Of a stretch of DNA of 64,000 nucleotides, positions 1 through 9,037 are shown in pieces (the first letter of the stretch is position 1; each line of letters opens with the position of its first letter). The stretch covers positions 5,296-69,295 of the forward strand of contig BEHM01000014.1 in assembly GCA_002923315.1 (NCBI GenBank), written 5' to 3'. The DNA comes from a bacterium HR10 (GTDB lineage: Bacteria; Acidobacteriota; Blastocatellia; HR10). A program made the position numbers and the translations under genes. The notes below the pieces were generated by a model. The model saw only the letters and a list, made by a program, of their open reading frames with translations, was not told where the DNA came from and ran no database searches.

Positions 1-932
1 AAGAGGGCGCGTGGACGGTCCAGATCGCGAATTTCGGGAGTGGGGAGGCCGCGGTCGAAGTCGAGGCCGTGACGGCGCGCGGCGAGCGCGTTCGCCAACG
101 CGTGCGCGTTGAGGCCCAGGGGTATGGCCGAGCGCGATTCCCATTGGCCGAGGAGCCGATCTCGGTGGAGGTGGATCCAGATCAGCTTTATCTTCAAGCC
201 GATTACACGAATGACGCCTGGCCGCGGCGTCCGTCGGTGGATCGGCTCGTGAGTCAGGGGACGTTGGCCCTGGCGCAGGGGCGGGCGTCGGAAGCGGAGA
301 CCGCGCTGCGTCAGGCGCTCGCGCAGGATCCGAATCGCCCGTTGGCGCAGGCCGCGCTCGCGCGCGCGCTCGCGCTCTTGGGGAAGACCGAGGAGGCCGA
401 GGCGTATGCCCGAAAAGCGCTTGATCAGGAGCCGCTGACCTTGGCCGTCTATGCATGGGCGCAGATGGCCCTGGGGGAGGTCGCGCTCACGCGCGGGCAA
501 CCGGCTCAGGCTGCCGAGCACTTCCGCCAGGCGAGCTTCGCCTTCGCCGAGGACATCTCCTTGCTCATGGCCCGCGATGCGCTCATTCGCGCCGAGAGCG
601 CGGCCCAAAAGCTTCCGGCCGTCGAGCACTCGGTTCAAGAATTCATTCGCCAACTGGATGGGGTTCTCAGCAGCGGGCGGCCGGCTGCCGTGCGCGAGAT
701 CGTCACGCCGCAGAATCTGAAGCGCTTCATCACCGGGGCGTCGTTCCTCAAGGACTGGAAGACGGAGATCCTGCGCGCGGAGGCCATTGATCGAAATCGC
801 GTCCTCGTGGATGCTCGCATCACGGCGACGACCATCGGCGGGACGCAGGCGTCATCGCGGGCCATCTACATGCTGCGGCGAATGGGCGAGCGCTGGATTT
901 TGGACGATATTCCGGTCTTCCTCCAGCGATGA
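1..932 (+). CDS. TPR-repeat protein, 5' end outside window
   Basis: The frame of ORF 69..932 stays open back to position 3, so the M at 69 is an internal GTG. TPR-like Ala/Leu-rich repeats (ALAQGRASEAETALRQALAQDPNRPLAQAALARALALLGKTEEAEAYARKALDQEP). Confidence 0.6.
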   Translation, partial: EGAWTVQIANFGSGEAAVEVEAVTARGERVRQRVRVEAQGYGRARFPLAEEPISVEVDPDQLYLQADYTNDAWPRRPSVDRLVSQGTLALAQGRASEAETALRQALAQDPNRPLAQAALARALALLGKTEEAEAYARKALDQEPLTLAVYAWAQMALGEVALTRGQPAQAAEHFRQASFAFAEDISLLMARDALIRAESAAQKLPAVEHSVQEFIRQLDGVLSSGRPAAVREIVTPQNLKRFITGASFLKDWKTEILRAEAIDRNRVLVDARITATTIGGTQASSRAIYMLRRMGERWILDDIPVFLQR

Positions 933-961
933 GCGGAGATGGATGAGGCGAGGAGGTCGTC

Positions 962-1531
962 ATGGATGAGGAGGTGAGGCGTCGCGCTCAAGCCATCCGG
1001 GTGGTGCTCATGGATTGCGACGGTGTGCTGACAGATGGTCGTATCGTCCTGTTGCCGGAGGGTGAGGACGTCAAGCTCTTCGATGCGCACGACGGTCAGG
1101 GGTTGAAGCTCGCCGCTCGCGCTGGACTTCGCACGGGCGTCATCACGATTCGACATTCGCGCACGTTGGAGCGGCGCGTCGCCGAGGTCTCCGTGCACCA
1201 TCTCTATCAAGGGGTCGAGCGGAAGCTCGAGGCGTATGAGCGGATTCTCCGCGAGGAAGGGGCGCGCGATGAGGAGGTCGCATATATCGGGGATGACCTT
1301 CCGGACCTTCCGCCCATGAGGCGCGCGGGGTTGGCGGTGGCCGTCGCTAATGCTGTGGATGATGTCAAGCGCGTGGCCCATTACGTGACGCAGCGCGAGG
1401 GGGGACGCGGCGCCGTGCGCGAGACGATCGAATTGATCCTCAAGGCTCAGGGGAAGTGGGAGATCGTGCTCGCCGAATATCTCGCCGAAGGAGCCGCGCA
1501 GAAAGCCTGGGAAGCGGATGACCGAACGTAG
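962..1531 (+). CDS. kdsC: 3-deoxy-D-manno-octulosonate 8-phosphate phosphatase (HAD family, KdsC-like)
   Basis: HAD motif I in VVLMDCDGVLTDG and C-terminal IGDDLPDLP. Size (189 aa) and overall layout are typical of KdsC. Confidence 0.8.
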   Translation: MDEEVRRRAQAIRVVLMDCDGVLTDGRIVLLPEGEDVKLFDAHDGQGLKLAARAGLRTGVITIRHSRTLERRVAEVSVHHLYQGVERKLEAYERILREEGARDEEVAYIGDDLPDLPPMRRAGLAVAVANAVDDVKRVAHYVTQREGGRGAVRETIELILKAQGKWEIVLAEYLAEGAAQKAWEADDRT

Positions 1532-1830
1532 CCCGGGACGAGCCGCACGCGAGCTCCTTTCTCCCTTCCGCATAAAGCCTGTGCGCGTGGGCGCCCGAAC
1601 GTGGCCTGGAGCGAGCCGCAGATTTTGAGATGACGGCCTCCGCGCGAGGTCCGCGCGCGGGCTCGTCGCGCCGGGAAAGAGTGGAGTCTCGCGGCGCTTG
1701 TATTCGCTCGATCGCCCACTTCGGGGGGGTCGTGGAGAAGCGACGCCTCCGTGTGGCATGCAGCCTTCTCCCTCTTACTGGTCTCGGCCCTCGCCGGTGT
1801 GATATAAAGATGCGGGTGGGGAGGGGGGCG

Positions 1831-2688
1831 ATGGAGATTGATCGTCAGCTTGTCGCCGACATCACCGCGGCGATCTTAGCCAAGCTCCGGGAGCTGGAAC
1901 TGATTGAGGGACCGGGGCCGAGCGAGTGTTTTCAGCAGCAGTCCGATCTCCTGCGCGAGGCCATCGCGCTGGGGGTGGCACGATTGGGGGGGAAGCCGGA
2001 GCCGGCCGATGCGGCGCGGGATCTGGCGCGATACATTGACCATACGCTGCTTCGACCGGAGGCCACGCGCGAGGAGATCCTTCAGATCTGCGAGGAAGCG
2101 CTCAACTACGGCTTCGCCGCCGTCGTCGTCAATCCCTATTGGGTGCGCGATGTCGCCCGACGGCTTCATGGCTCACGGGTCAAGCCTTGCACGGTCGTGG
2201 GGTTCCCGTTGGGGGCGACGCTCACGGACGTGAAGGTCTATGAGGCGCGGCGCGCGATCTTCGATGGCGCGCGCGAGATTGACATGGTCATCAACATCGG
2301 CGCCTTGAAATCGGGGCAGGATGAGGTCGTCGAGCGGGATATTCGCGCCGTGGTCGAAGCCTGTCATGAGTTCGGCGTCTTGTGCAAGGTGATCATCGAG
2401 ACGGCGCTGCTGACGGAGGAGGAGAAGGTGAAAGCGTGTGTGTTGGCCAAGCGCGCGGGGGCGGATTTTGTGAAGACGTCGACGGGGTTCAGTCGGGGCG
2501 GGGCGACGATCGAGGATGTGTTGCTCATGCGCCGCGTGGTCGGGCCGGAGATGGGCGTGAAGGCGGCCGGGGGCATCCGCGATGCGCAGACCGCGCGCCG
2601 CTTGCTGGAAGCGGGAGCGACGCGCCTCGGCGCGAGTGCGGGCGTGAAGATCGTGCAGGAAGCGATTCGCCCATCAGAGCAGACGTGA
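1831..2688 (+). CDS. deoC: deoxyribose-phosphate aldolase with about 60 aa N-terminal extension
   Basis: DERA motifs [27 protein letters not shown] (Schiff-base Lys region), VKAAGGIR. Start chosen at ATG 1831, behind a purine-rich GGGGAGGGGGG tract. The ORF is open from 1630, but that part is Arg-rich and not protein-like. Confidence 0.85.
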   Translation: MEIDRQLVADITAAILAKLRELELIEGPGPSECFQQQSDLLREAIALGVARLGGKPEPADAARDLARYIDHTLLRPEATREEILQICEEALNYGFAAVVVNPYWVRDVARRLHGSRVKPCTVVGFPLGATLTDVKVYEARRAIFDGAREIDMVINIGALKSGQDEVVERDIRAVVEACHEFGVLCKVIIETALLTEEEKVKACVLAKRAGADFVKTSTGFSRGGATIEDVLLMRRVVGPEMGVKAAGGIRDAQTARRLLEAGATRLGASAGVKIVQEAIRPSEQT

Positions 2689-2713
2689 GCGGTCGGTCTT
2701 CCCCTTCAGGGGT

Positions 2714-2742
2714 TTGACAGGTCGGGGGGAGGGGCCTAAGAT
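2714..2742 (+). promoter_or_regulatory. sigma70-like promoter candidate (TTGACA-17 nt-TAAGAT)
   Basis: Exact TTGACA at 2714-2719, a 17-nt spacer, then TAAGAT at 2737-2742, 22 nt upstream of the ATG at 2764. Confidence 0.35.
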
Positions 2743-2763
2743 TTAGTCACGTCGGACGAGCGC

Positions 2764-3495
2764 ATGTTCAGTGGGATTGTCGGACAATATGGTCGGATCG
2801 CGCGCGACGCCTTGGCTGGATGGTTGGCGAGGTATCGTTTGCACCCCAATCTGCTGACGATTGTGGGGTTGGGCGTCACCATTTACGCGGCCGTGCTCTT
2901 CGCCCTGGGGCACTTCATCGCGGCCGGTGTGGTGCTCATCGTGGCCGGAGCGTGTGATATCCTCGATGGCGCGTTGGCGCGCTTGACCCGTCAGGTGACG
3001 CGATTCGGCGCCTTCTTGGACTCGGTCCTGGATCGGTACTCGGATGTCATCATCTTCCTCGGATTGATCGTCTACTTCGCTCGCCCGACGGCCAGGCAGA
3101 GCCTCTTCTACGTCGTGCTGACGGGGATCGCGATGATCGGATCGCTCATGACGAGCTATACGCGGGCGCGGGCGGAATGTCTGATCCCGCAGTGTCGGGT
3201 GGGATTCCTGGAACGTCCGGAGCGTTTGGGGTTATTGATCATCGGGGCATTGACGGAGGTGCCAGGAGCCGAGGGGAACTATTTCCTCCATAAACTGCCG
3301 GCCGTGCTGTGGCTCATCGCGATCCTCTCGCACTGGACGGTAGCGCAGCGCATCTACTACACGTGGAAGACGACGCGAGCCCTTGAGGCGGAGGCTTCAC
3401 CTTCGGCGGAAGTTCGCGTGCCGCCGCGGGCATTTTCCTCGGCCCATTCGGCTCTTGCCGGAGGAACGCGCGTGGAGAGGGAGGCGGAGCTATGA
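2764..3495 (+). CDS. CDP-alcohol phosphatidyltransferase family protein
   Basis: Family motif D-x2-D-G-x2-A-R..G-x3-D-x3-D in DILDGALARLTRQVTRFGAFLDSVLDRYSD. Several hydrophobic helices. Confidence 0.75.
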   Translation: MFSGIVGQYGRIARDALAGWLARYRLHPNLLTIVGLGVTIYAAVLFALGHFIAAGVVLIVAGACDILDGALARLTRQVTRFGAFLDSVLDRYSDVIIFLGLIVYFARPTARQSLFYVVLTGIAMIGSLMTSYTRARAECLIPQCRVGFLERPERLGLLIIGALTEVPGAEGNYFLHKLPAVLWLIAILSHWTVAQRIYYTWKTTRALEAEASPSAEVRVPPRAFSSAHSALAGGTRVEREAEL

Positions 3496-4289
3496 GGCGG
3501 GGTGAGGGGCACGAGAAGGCCTGTCCGAGTTGCGGACAGATGGTCGCTCAGGAGGCGATCGCGTGTCAGTGCGGGGCGCGATGGGTCACCCTCCAGCCAT
3601 TGGGGTCCGAATTTCACGTGCCGCGCATGGGGCAGCCGCTGGCGGCCATGGGGATGATCGGGCTGGCGCTCGTGATCGAGAGCATCATCCTCGCGCATGA
3701 GGTTTACGTGAGTCCCTTTGTGTGGACGGAAGCGGTCGGCTCGATGCTCGTGTATCTGGCGCGGGTTTTCGTGCCGGTGGCGCTGTTGGTGATGGTCCTC
3801 GCCTATCGGGGATGGCGCCAGGCGCGACGTGACCCCCACCGATATGGAGGAGCGCGCCTGGCGCGGGTGAGCATGATCACAGCGATGCTCGTGCTCGGGG
3901 TGCATGTGGGGGTTTTCGTCACGCGCATCCCCCGAATGATCGAGAACGGTCGCCTTCGGCGGGAGGCTGCCACGCGAGCGAATCTCTACCGCTTGGCCTG
4001 GGCCATCGAGGCGTACAAGCGTCAGTATGGCCTGTATCCGCGTCGGCTCATTGACTTGCAGGAGATGGATCCGAGTCTGAAGCCGGCCGTGGATGCCTGG
4101 GGGCGCGAATTCGTCTACAATGCCATCTCGGGAGACGTGGCGGCGACGACCGCGCCGATGCCTTTCCAGCGATACCAGCTCATCTCGAAGGGGCCGGATG
4201 GGGTGCTCGGGACGGAGGATGACATCGTGCTGCGCGATGACGTCCTCTTGCATGCGGTCAAGGACGGGGAGGAGCGTAGCGCGCGGTGA
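3492..4289 (+). CDS. membrane protein with N-terminal zinc-ribbon-like motif and C-terminal GspG-like (type II secretion pseudopilin) globular segment
   Basis: ATGA start/stop overlap with the upstream gene. CPSCG..CQCG pairs, hydrophobic helices, and a C-terminal AIEAYKRQYGLYPRRLIDL...ISKGPDGVLGTEDDIV segment that resembles the GspG C-terminal domain. Confidence 0.5.
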   Translation: MRRGEGHEKACPSCGQMVAQEAIACQCGARWVTLQPLGSEFHVPRMGQPLAAMGMIGLALVIESIILAHEVYVSPFVWTEAVGSMLVYLARVFVPVALLVMVLAYRGWRQARRDPHRYGGARLARVSMITAMLVLGVHVGVFVTRIPRMIENGRLRREAATRANLYRLAWAIEAYKRQYGLYPRRLIDLQEMDPSLKPAVDAWGREFVYNAISGDVAATTAPMPFQRYQLISKGPDGVLGTEDDIVLRDDVLLHAVKDGEERSAR

Positions 4290-5809
4290 TGTTTCGGAAG
4301 ATTCTCATCGCCAATCGGGGGGAGATCGCCGTTCGCGTGATTCGCGCTTGTCGCGAACTGGGCATCTCTCCCGTCGTCGTCTATTCGGAGGCTGATGAGC
4401 AATCGCTGCATGTTCGGTTGGCGGATGAGGCGTATCTCATCGGCCCGGCTCCCTCGGTGGAGAGTTACTTGCGCGGGGATCGCATCATTGAAGCCGCGTT
4501 GCGAGCGGGAGCCGAAGCCATTCATCCCGGATATGGATTCCTGGCCGAGAATGCGGAGTTTGCGCGCGCGGTGGAGGACGCGGGGTTGGTCTTCATCGGG
4601 CCGAACTGGCGCGCGATGGAACGCGTCGGGCAGAAGACCGAAGCGCGCGCGTTGGCGCGTTCGGCTCAGGTGCCCATTGTGCCGGGAACGGAGGAGCCGG
4701 TTCACGACCTCGCCCATGCGCACGCGATCGCCGAGCGCCTGGGGTATCCCGTGATGTTGAAAGCAGCGGCGGGGGGAGGGGGCAAAGGCATGCGCCTGGT
4801 GCGCCATCCCGAGGAGCTGCCGAGTGCGCTGGCGATGGCGCAAGCGGAAGCGCAGGCCGCCTTCAACGACCCGTCGGTGTACATCGAGAAGGCGATCGAG
4901 CGCCCGCGACACATCGAGATGCAGATTCTGGCCGATCGGTATGGGCGGGTCGTCTATCTCGGGGAGCGCGAGTGCTCCATCCAACGGCGTCATCAGAAGG
5001 TGATCGAAGAAGCCCCGGCGAGTCTGAATGATCCCGATCTGCGGCGGCGCATGGGGGAGGCGGCCGTCCGTCTCGCTCAGGCGGCCGGATATACGAATGC
5101 CGGGACGGTGGAATTCCTCGTGGATGAGGATCGCCGCTTCTACTTCCTCGAGGTGAACGCGCGCATTCAGGTCGAGCATCCGGTGACGGAGATGGTCACC
5201 GGCGTAGACCTCGTGCGCGAGCAGATTCGTCTGGCGGCGGGCGAACCTCTCCGGCTGCGGCAGGAGGAGATCGTCTTGCGAGGGTCGGCCATCGAATGTC
5301 GCATCTATGCTGAGGATCCGGAGAACGATTTCTTCCCTTCGGCGGGGCGGATCGAGCTGCTGCGCCTGCCCTCTGGACCGGGTATTCGCGTGGATAATGG
5401 CGTGTATGCCGGATGGGACGTCCCGATTCATTATGACCCGCTGCTGCTGAAACTCATCGCCTGGGGGAGCACGCGGGAGCAGGCGATCGAGCGCATGCGA
5501 TGGGCTTTGGAGGAGACGACCATCGCGGGGATTCGCACGACGATCCCGCTCTATCGCGAGATCTTTCGCGATCCGGATTTCCTCGCGGGGAGGGTGGATA
5601 CGGAGTATCTCTCGCGGTTCCTCGCAGCTCGCGCGGCGTCGGGGGCGATGCCCGGCGCGGACGATGATCATCTCGTCCCTGATGCGGCGCTGATCGCCGC
5701 GGCGCTCGCGGTCGCGGCCGAATCGGAATCGCACGACGTCGCCGCGACCACCCCGTCGAGTCTCTGGAAGTGGCAGGGACGGCTGTGGCGGCTCTCATCA
5801 CGGCTATGA
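4286..5809 (+). CDS. accC: biotin carboxylase (ATP-grasp) subunit of a biotin-dependent carboxylase
   Basis: KILIANRGEIAVR, GYPVMLKAAAGGGGKGMR, EVNARIQVEHPVTE, and a biotin carboxylase C-terminal domain. Start overlaps the upstream stop codon. Confidence 0.85.
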   Translation: MMFRKILIANRGEIAVRVIRACRELGISPVVVYSEADEQSLHVRLADEAYLIGPAPSVESYLRGDRIIEAALRAGAEAIHPGYGFLAENAEFARAVEDAGLVFIGPNWRAMERVGQKTEARALARSAQVPIVPGTEEPVHDLAHAHAIAERLGYPVMLKAAAGGGGKGMRLVRHPEELPSALAMAQAEAQAAFNDPSVYIEKAIERPRHIEMQILADRYGRVVYLGERECSIQRRHQKVIEEAPASLNDPDLRRRMGEAAVRLAQAAGYTNAGTVEFLVDEDRRFYFLEVNARIQVEHPVTEMVTGVDLVREQIRLAAGEPLRLRQEEIVLRGSAIECRIYAEDPENDFFPSAGRIELLRLPSGPGIRVDNGVYAGWDVPIHYDPLLLKLIAWGSTREQAIERMRWALEETTIAGIRTTIPLYREIFRDPDFLAGRVDTEYLSRFLAARAASGAMPGADDDHLVPDAALIAAALAVAAESESHDVAATTPSSLWKWQGRLWRLSSRL

Positions 5810-6303
5810 AGGTGGAGATCGAATCCGAGGCGGGGAAGCATCTGGTTGAGATCGAGCGGCGCGAGGGTCGCCTGCGTGCGCGTGTGGATGGGCGATCGTA
5901 TGAGGTGAAAGTCTTTCGCCCGGAGCCGGGCATCTACACGTTCCTCGTCGGACCGCGCGTGATCGAGGTGCACGTGGAGGGGAATGCGCAGGCGGGGACG
6001 GTGAAGGCGACCGTGCGCGATCGCGTCTGGCATGTGCGGGTGGCGGATCGGCGACATCGGCGGCGAACAGGCGATTCGGGATCGGAGGGGCGCATCTCGC
6101 TCACGGCGCGCATGCCGGGGAAAGTCGTGCGCCTGTTGGCGGAGGTGGGGAGCACAGTGCACGCCGGGCAGGGCATCCTCGTCCTGGAAGCGATGAAGAT
6201 GCAGAATGAGGTCAAAGCCCCGAAGTCGGGGCGTCTGGCCGAGATTCGCGTCCGGGAGGGGCAGACCGTCGGAGCGGGCGAGCTGCTCGCGGTCATCGAA
6301 TGA
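5806..6303 (+). CDS. biotin carboxyl carrier / biotin-lipoyl attachment domain protein
   Basis: ATGA overlap with the accC stop. Biotinyl-lysine motif EAMKMQNEV near the C-terminus. Confidence 0.7.
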   Translation: MKVEIESEAGKHLVEIERREGRLRARVDGRSYEVKVFRPEPGIYTFLVGPRVIEVHVEGNAQAGTVKATVRDRVWHVRVADRRHRRRTGDSGSEGRISLTARMPGKVVRLLAEVGSTVHAGQGILVLEAMKMQNEVKAPKSGRLAEIRVREGQTVGAGELLAVIE

Positions 6304-6584
6304 GAGGAGATATGCCGTCGAAACCGCGTCTGGAATTTCAAGTCGGCGACGAGGTCATGTATGCTCTGGCCTCAAGCATTCGATACGGGACGGTCGTCCG
6401 CGTCATCGGCGCCGGAAATACGCAGATGGTCGAAGTCGAATTCGAGGATGGCAAACGCGAGTTGAAGAAGGCGAGCGACCGATCACTGCGATTGCTGCGA
6501 CGGAAGGCGGTCGAGGAGGCGCGAACACCCATCCGCGATCGCGAGGTTGAAGAGGTACGGCGCAGCGAGACTCGTCGCCGATGA
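6300..6584 (+). CDS. small hypothetical protein (94 aa, basic C-terminus)
   Basis: ATGA overlap with the upstream gene and protein-like composition (QVGDEVMYALASSIRYGTVVRVIG, SH3/Tudor-like feel). No family recognised. Confidence 0.4.
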   Translation: MRGDMPSKPRLEFQVGDEVMYALASSIRYGTVVRVIGAGNTQMVEVEFEDGKRELKKASDRSLRLLRRKAVEEARTPIRDREVEEVRRSETRRR

Positions 6585-6605
6585 GCGCGTCTCGTCGCGG
6601 AGGGT

Positions 6606-7997
6606 TCAGTGCGGGGCATGCGCCGGAGGTGGACCCTCCGGACGCGCGCGCTCGCTGAGCGTGATGGCGATGTCGCTGTAGATGACGTATCCCATCAGCA
6701 GCAGGATGAGCGCCAATCCCACCGTCTGAATCTTCTCCCGCAAGGACATCGTCAGCTCCTTCCCAGCCAGGCCCATGAGCCACTCCACGCCGAGCATCAG
6801 GATGAGCCCACCGTCGAGCACGGGAATGGGGAAGAGGTTGAAGATGCCGAGGCTGAGGCTGATGAGGCTCATGACGATGAGCAGCTCTCGCCATCCGCGC
6901 TCGGCCGCTTTCCCCGAGAGATCGGCGATACGCACAGGTCCGGCGAACGTCTCGCGGACGGTCCGCTGTCCGCGAAAGACTTCAACCAGCGCCTCCAAGG
7001 TCAAACGTCCGTAGAAGAGATTTTGTCGAACGGACTCGCGCAGCGCGGGGCCCAGGCCCATGCGGACGACGCCTCTCAGCGGAGCTTCGGGCTCCGGCGC
7101 GATCCCGATGCGTCCTCGCCCACGATCGTTGAAGGGAACGACCGTCACCTGGTGCGTCTGACCCTCGCGCACGTAGGTGAGGGTCAACGCCTTCCCGGCA
7201 CTGCGACCGACCACGGCCACCAGCACGGGGAAAGCGGTGATCTCCACGTCATCAATGCGAATGATCTTGTCTCCAGGGCGCAGACCCGCCGCCTCCGCCG
7301 GTGATCCCGGCTCGACGTCGGCGATGACGACGCCGTCGGTGACCGGGGGCGGGAGTATCCCGGATTCTCCGATGACGTCGAATCGGCCGCGCATGGCGTC
7401 CAGCGTGAGGGGGACGCGAAGGCGCTCTCCCTGACGCTCGACGATGACGACAACCGTTTGATTAGGCTTCACCGTGGTGAGGTCCTCGACCTCACCCCAG
7501 GTCGGATTCCGGCGTCCGTCGAACTCGACGATCACATCTCCTGGGCGCAGGCCCGCGCGTTCGGCCGGAGAGCCGGGCACGATCGCGCCGATCTGTGCCC
7601 GCTCGATCCGATAGGCCGGTCCTGGATAGCTGACCATGAAGACGGCGGCCGGGAGCAGGACGGCCAGCAGCAGATTCATCGCCGGGCCAGCCAACGCCAC
7701 CACGAAGCGCTGCCACTTCGGGCGCGCCAGGAACGCCTCCGGCGGCAGCGGACCGAACCGAACATCTTCGGGATTCTCCCCGAGCATCTTCACGTAGCCG
7801 CCCAGGGGAATGGCCGAGATGCGATAATCCGTCTCCCCCCGTCGAAGGCCGAGAAGACGCGGACCGAAGCCGAGACTGAAGACTTCGACGCGGATCCGAA
7901 AGAGCTTGGCCGCCGCGAAATGGCCCAGCTCATGAACGAAGACCAGAACGCCGATGACGAAGAGGAAGATCGCAAACGTCGTCACAAATCCCCACAC
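6606..7997 (-). CDS. rseP: RIP metalloprotease RseP (site-2 protease, M50)
   Basis: HELGHF zinc motif in the first TM region, two PDZ-like segments (GLRPGD twice), and a C-terminal NLFPIPVLDGG motif. Confidence 0.85.
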   Translation of the reverse strand: MWGFVTTFAIFLFVIGVLVFVHELGHFAAAKLFRIRVEVFSLGFGPRLLGLRRGETDYRISAIPLGGYVKMLGENPEDVRFGPLPPEAFLARPKWQRFVVALAGPAMNLLLAVLLPAAVFMVSYPGPAYRIERAQIGAIVPGSPAERAGLRPGDVIVEFDGRRNPTWGEVEDLTTVKPNQTVVVIVERQGERLRVPLTLDAMRGRFDVIGESGILPPPVTDGVVIADVEPGSPAEAAGLRPGDKIIRIDDVEITAFPVLVAVVGRSAGKALTLTYVREGQTHQVTVVPFNDRGRGRIGIAPEPEAPLRGVVRMGLGPALRESVRQNLFYGRLTLEALVEVFRGQRTVRETFAGPVRIADLSGKAAERGWRELLIVMSLISLSLGIFNLFPIPVLDGGLILMLGVEWLMGLAGKELTMSLREKIQTVGLALILLLMGYVIYSDIAITLSERARPEGPPPAHAPH

Positions 7998-8070
7998 GTC
8001 TTCTTTCCTTCCCGCGACCGTCTAGTGTGTCACGCCAGAAGTGTACCTGACGCGGGCGCCGTTGTCCATC

Positions 8071-8913
8071 TCATTCCGCTTCGTGCGCCGTCGGAAGCAG
8101 TGCATTGAGCGCTCCTTGGCGGTATCCTTCCAGGTCGAGCGTCACGAACGTGAAGCCGAGCGCCTTGAAGGCTCGCACCAGACGTTCGATCATTCCGGGC
8201 TCCAGAGCGCGCCGCAGTTCCTCCGCGCCCAGCTCCAAGCGGACGAGTGCGCCATGATGGCGAACGCGGAAGATGCGGAAGCCGAGATCCCGCAAGACGT
8301 CTTCCCCGCGCTCGATCGTTCGCAGCTTCTCCCAGGTGACCGCCATCCCGTAAGGGATGCGCGAGGCCAGACAGGCCGAAGCGGGTTTGTCCCACGTGGG
8401 CAGGCCATGACGGCGCGACAGCTCGCGCACGTCGGCTTTCGTGATCCCGCACTCGATGAGCGGACTGATCACCCCGAATTCGCGCGCCGCTTGGCGCCCG
8501 GGCCGAAAATCGCCGAGATCATCGAGATTCGCCCCATCGCACACGGCGCGAAAGCCGCGCTCGCGGGCCAGTTGGGTCAACTTCTCATACAGCTCGCGCT
8601 TGCAGTAGTAGCAGCGATTGGGGGGATTCCGACGGTAGTTGGGATCGTCGAACTCCTCGGTCCGAATCAGCAGATGCGGGATCGCGAAACGGTGGGCGAA
8701 GGCGATGGCCTCCTCGCGATGGCGCGCAGCCAGACTGGGGCTGTCGGCCGTCACTGCGAGCATCCGCTCGCCGAGAACGCGCGCCGCGATGAAGGCGACA
8801 TAGGCGCTGTCCACCCCACCGGAATAGGCGACGATCGCCGATCCCAGAGACCGGAACAATGTGCGAAGGCGTTCTTCCTTCCGTTCGAGATCGCTCGGCC
8901 TCGCCCCGCTCAC
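8071..8913 (-). CDS. larE: PP-loop ATP-utilising enzyme, LarE-like sulfur transferase family
   Basis: PP-loop YSGGVDSAYV, CYYCK, and a conserved cysteine context PASACLASRIPYG. Confidence 0.7.
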   Translation of the reverse strand: MSGARPSDLERKEERLRTLFRSLGSAIVAYSGGVDSAYVAFIAARVLGERMLAVTADSPSLAARHREEAIAFAHRFAIPHLLIRTEEFDDPNYRRNPPNRCYYCKRELYEKLTQLARERGFRAVCDGANLDDLGDFRPGRQAAREFGVISPLIECGITKADVRELSRRHGLPTWDKPASACLASRIPYGMAVTWEKLRTIERGEDVLRDLGFRIFRVRHHGALVRLELGAEELRRALEPGMIERLVRAFKALGFTFVTLDLEGYRQGALNALLPTAHEAE

Positions 8914-9037
8914 GCCCTTCAGTATAGGGCATGCGCGGGTGCTTGATCAATGCGCGGGGATCGCGCGACAATAAGCTGCTCGATCGCCATGCGGGTGGTT
9001 CCCAAAGAGAACGGGATCGCTTCGGAGGAGGAGGGAG

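Noticed and set aside
1630-1830. Long N-terminal extensions implied by the ORF track for several genes. These are deoC from 1630, the FG-GAP gene from 27304, the FG-GAP gene from 31030, the nonaheme cytochrome from 40984, hsp20 from 46935, the NxxGxxAF protein from 57579, and the sigma factor from 37492.
   Set aside because: The upstream parts overlap neighbouring genes or are Arg/Pro-rich. Internal ATGs preceded by good SD sequences and followed by signal peptides or conserved N-termini give much more plausible starts.
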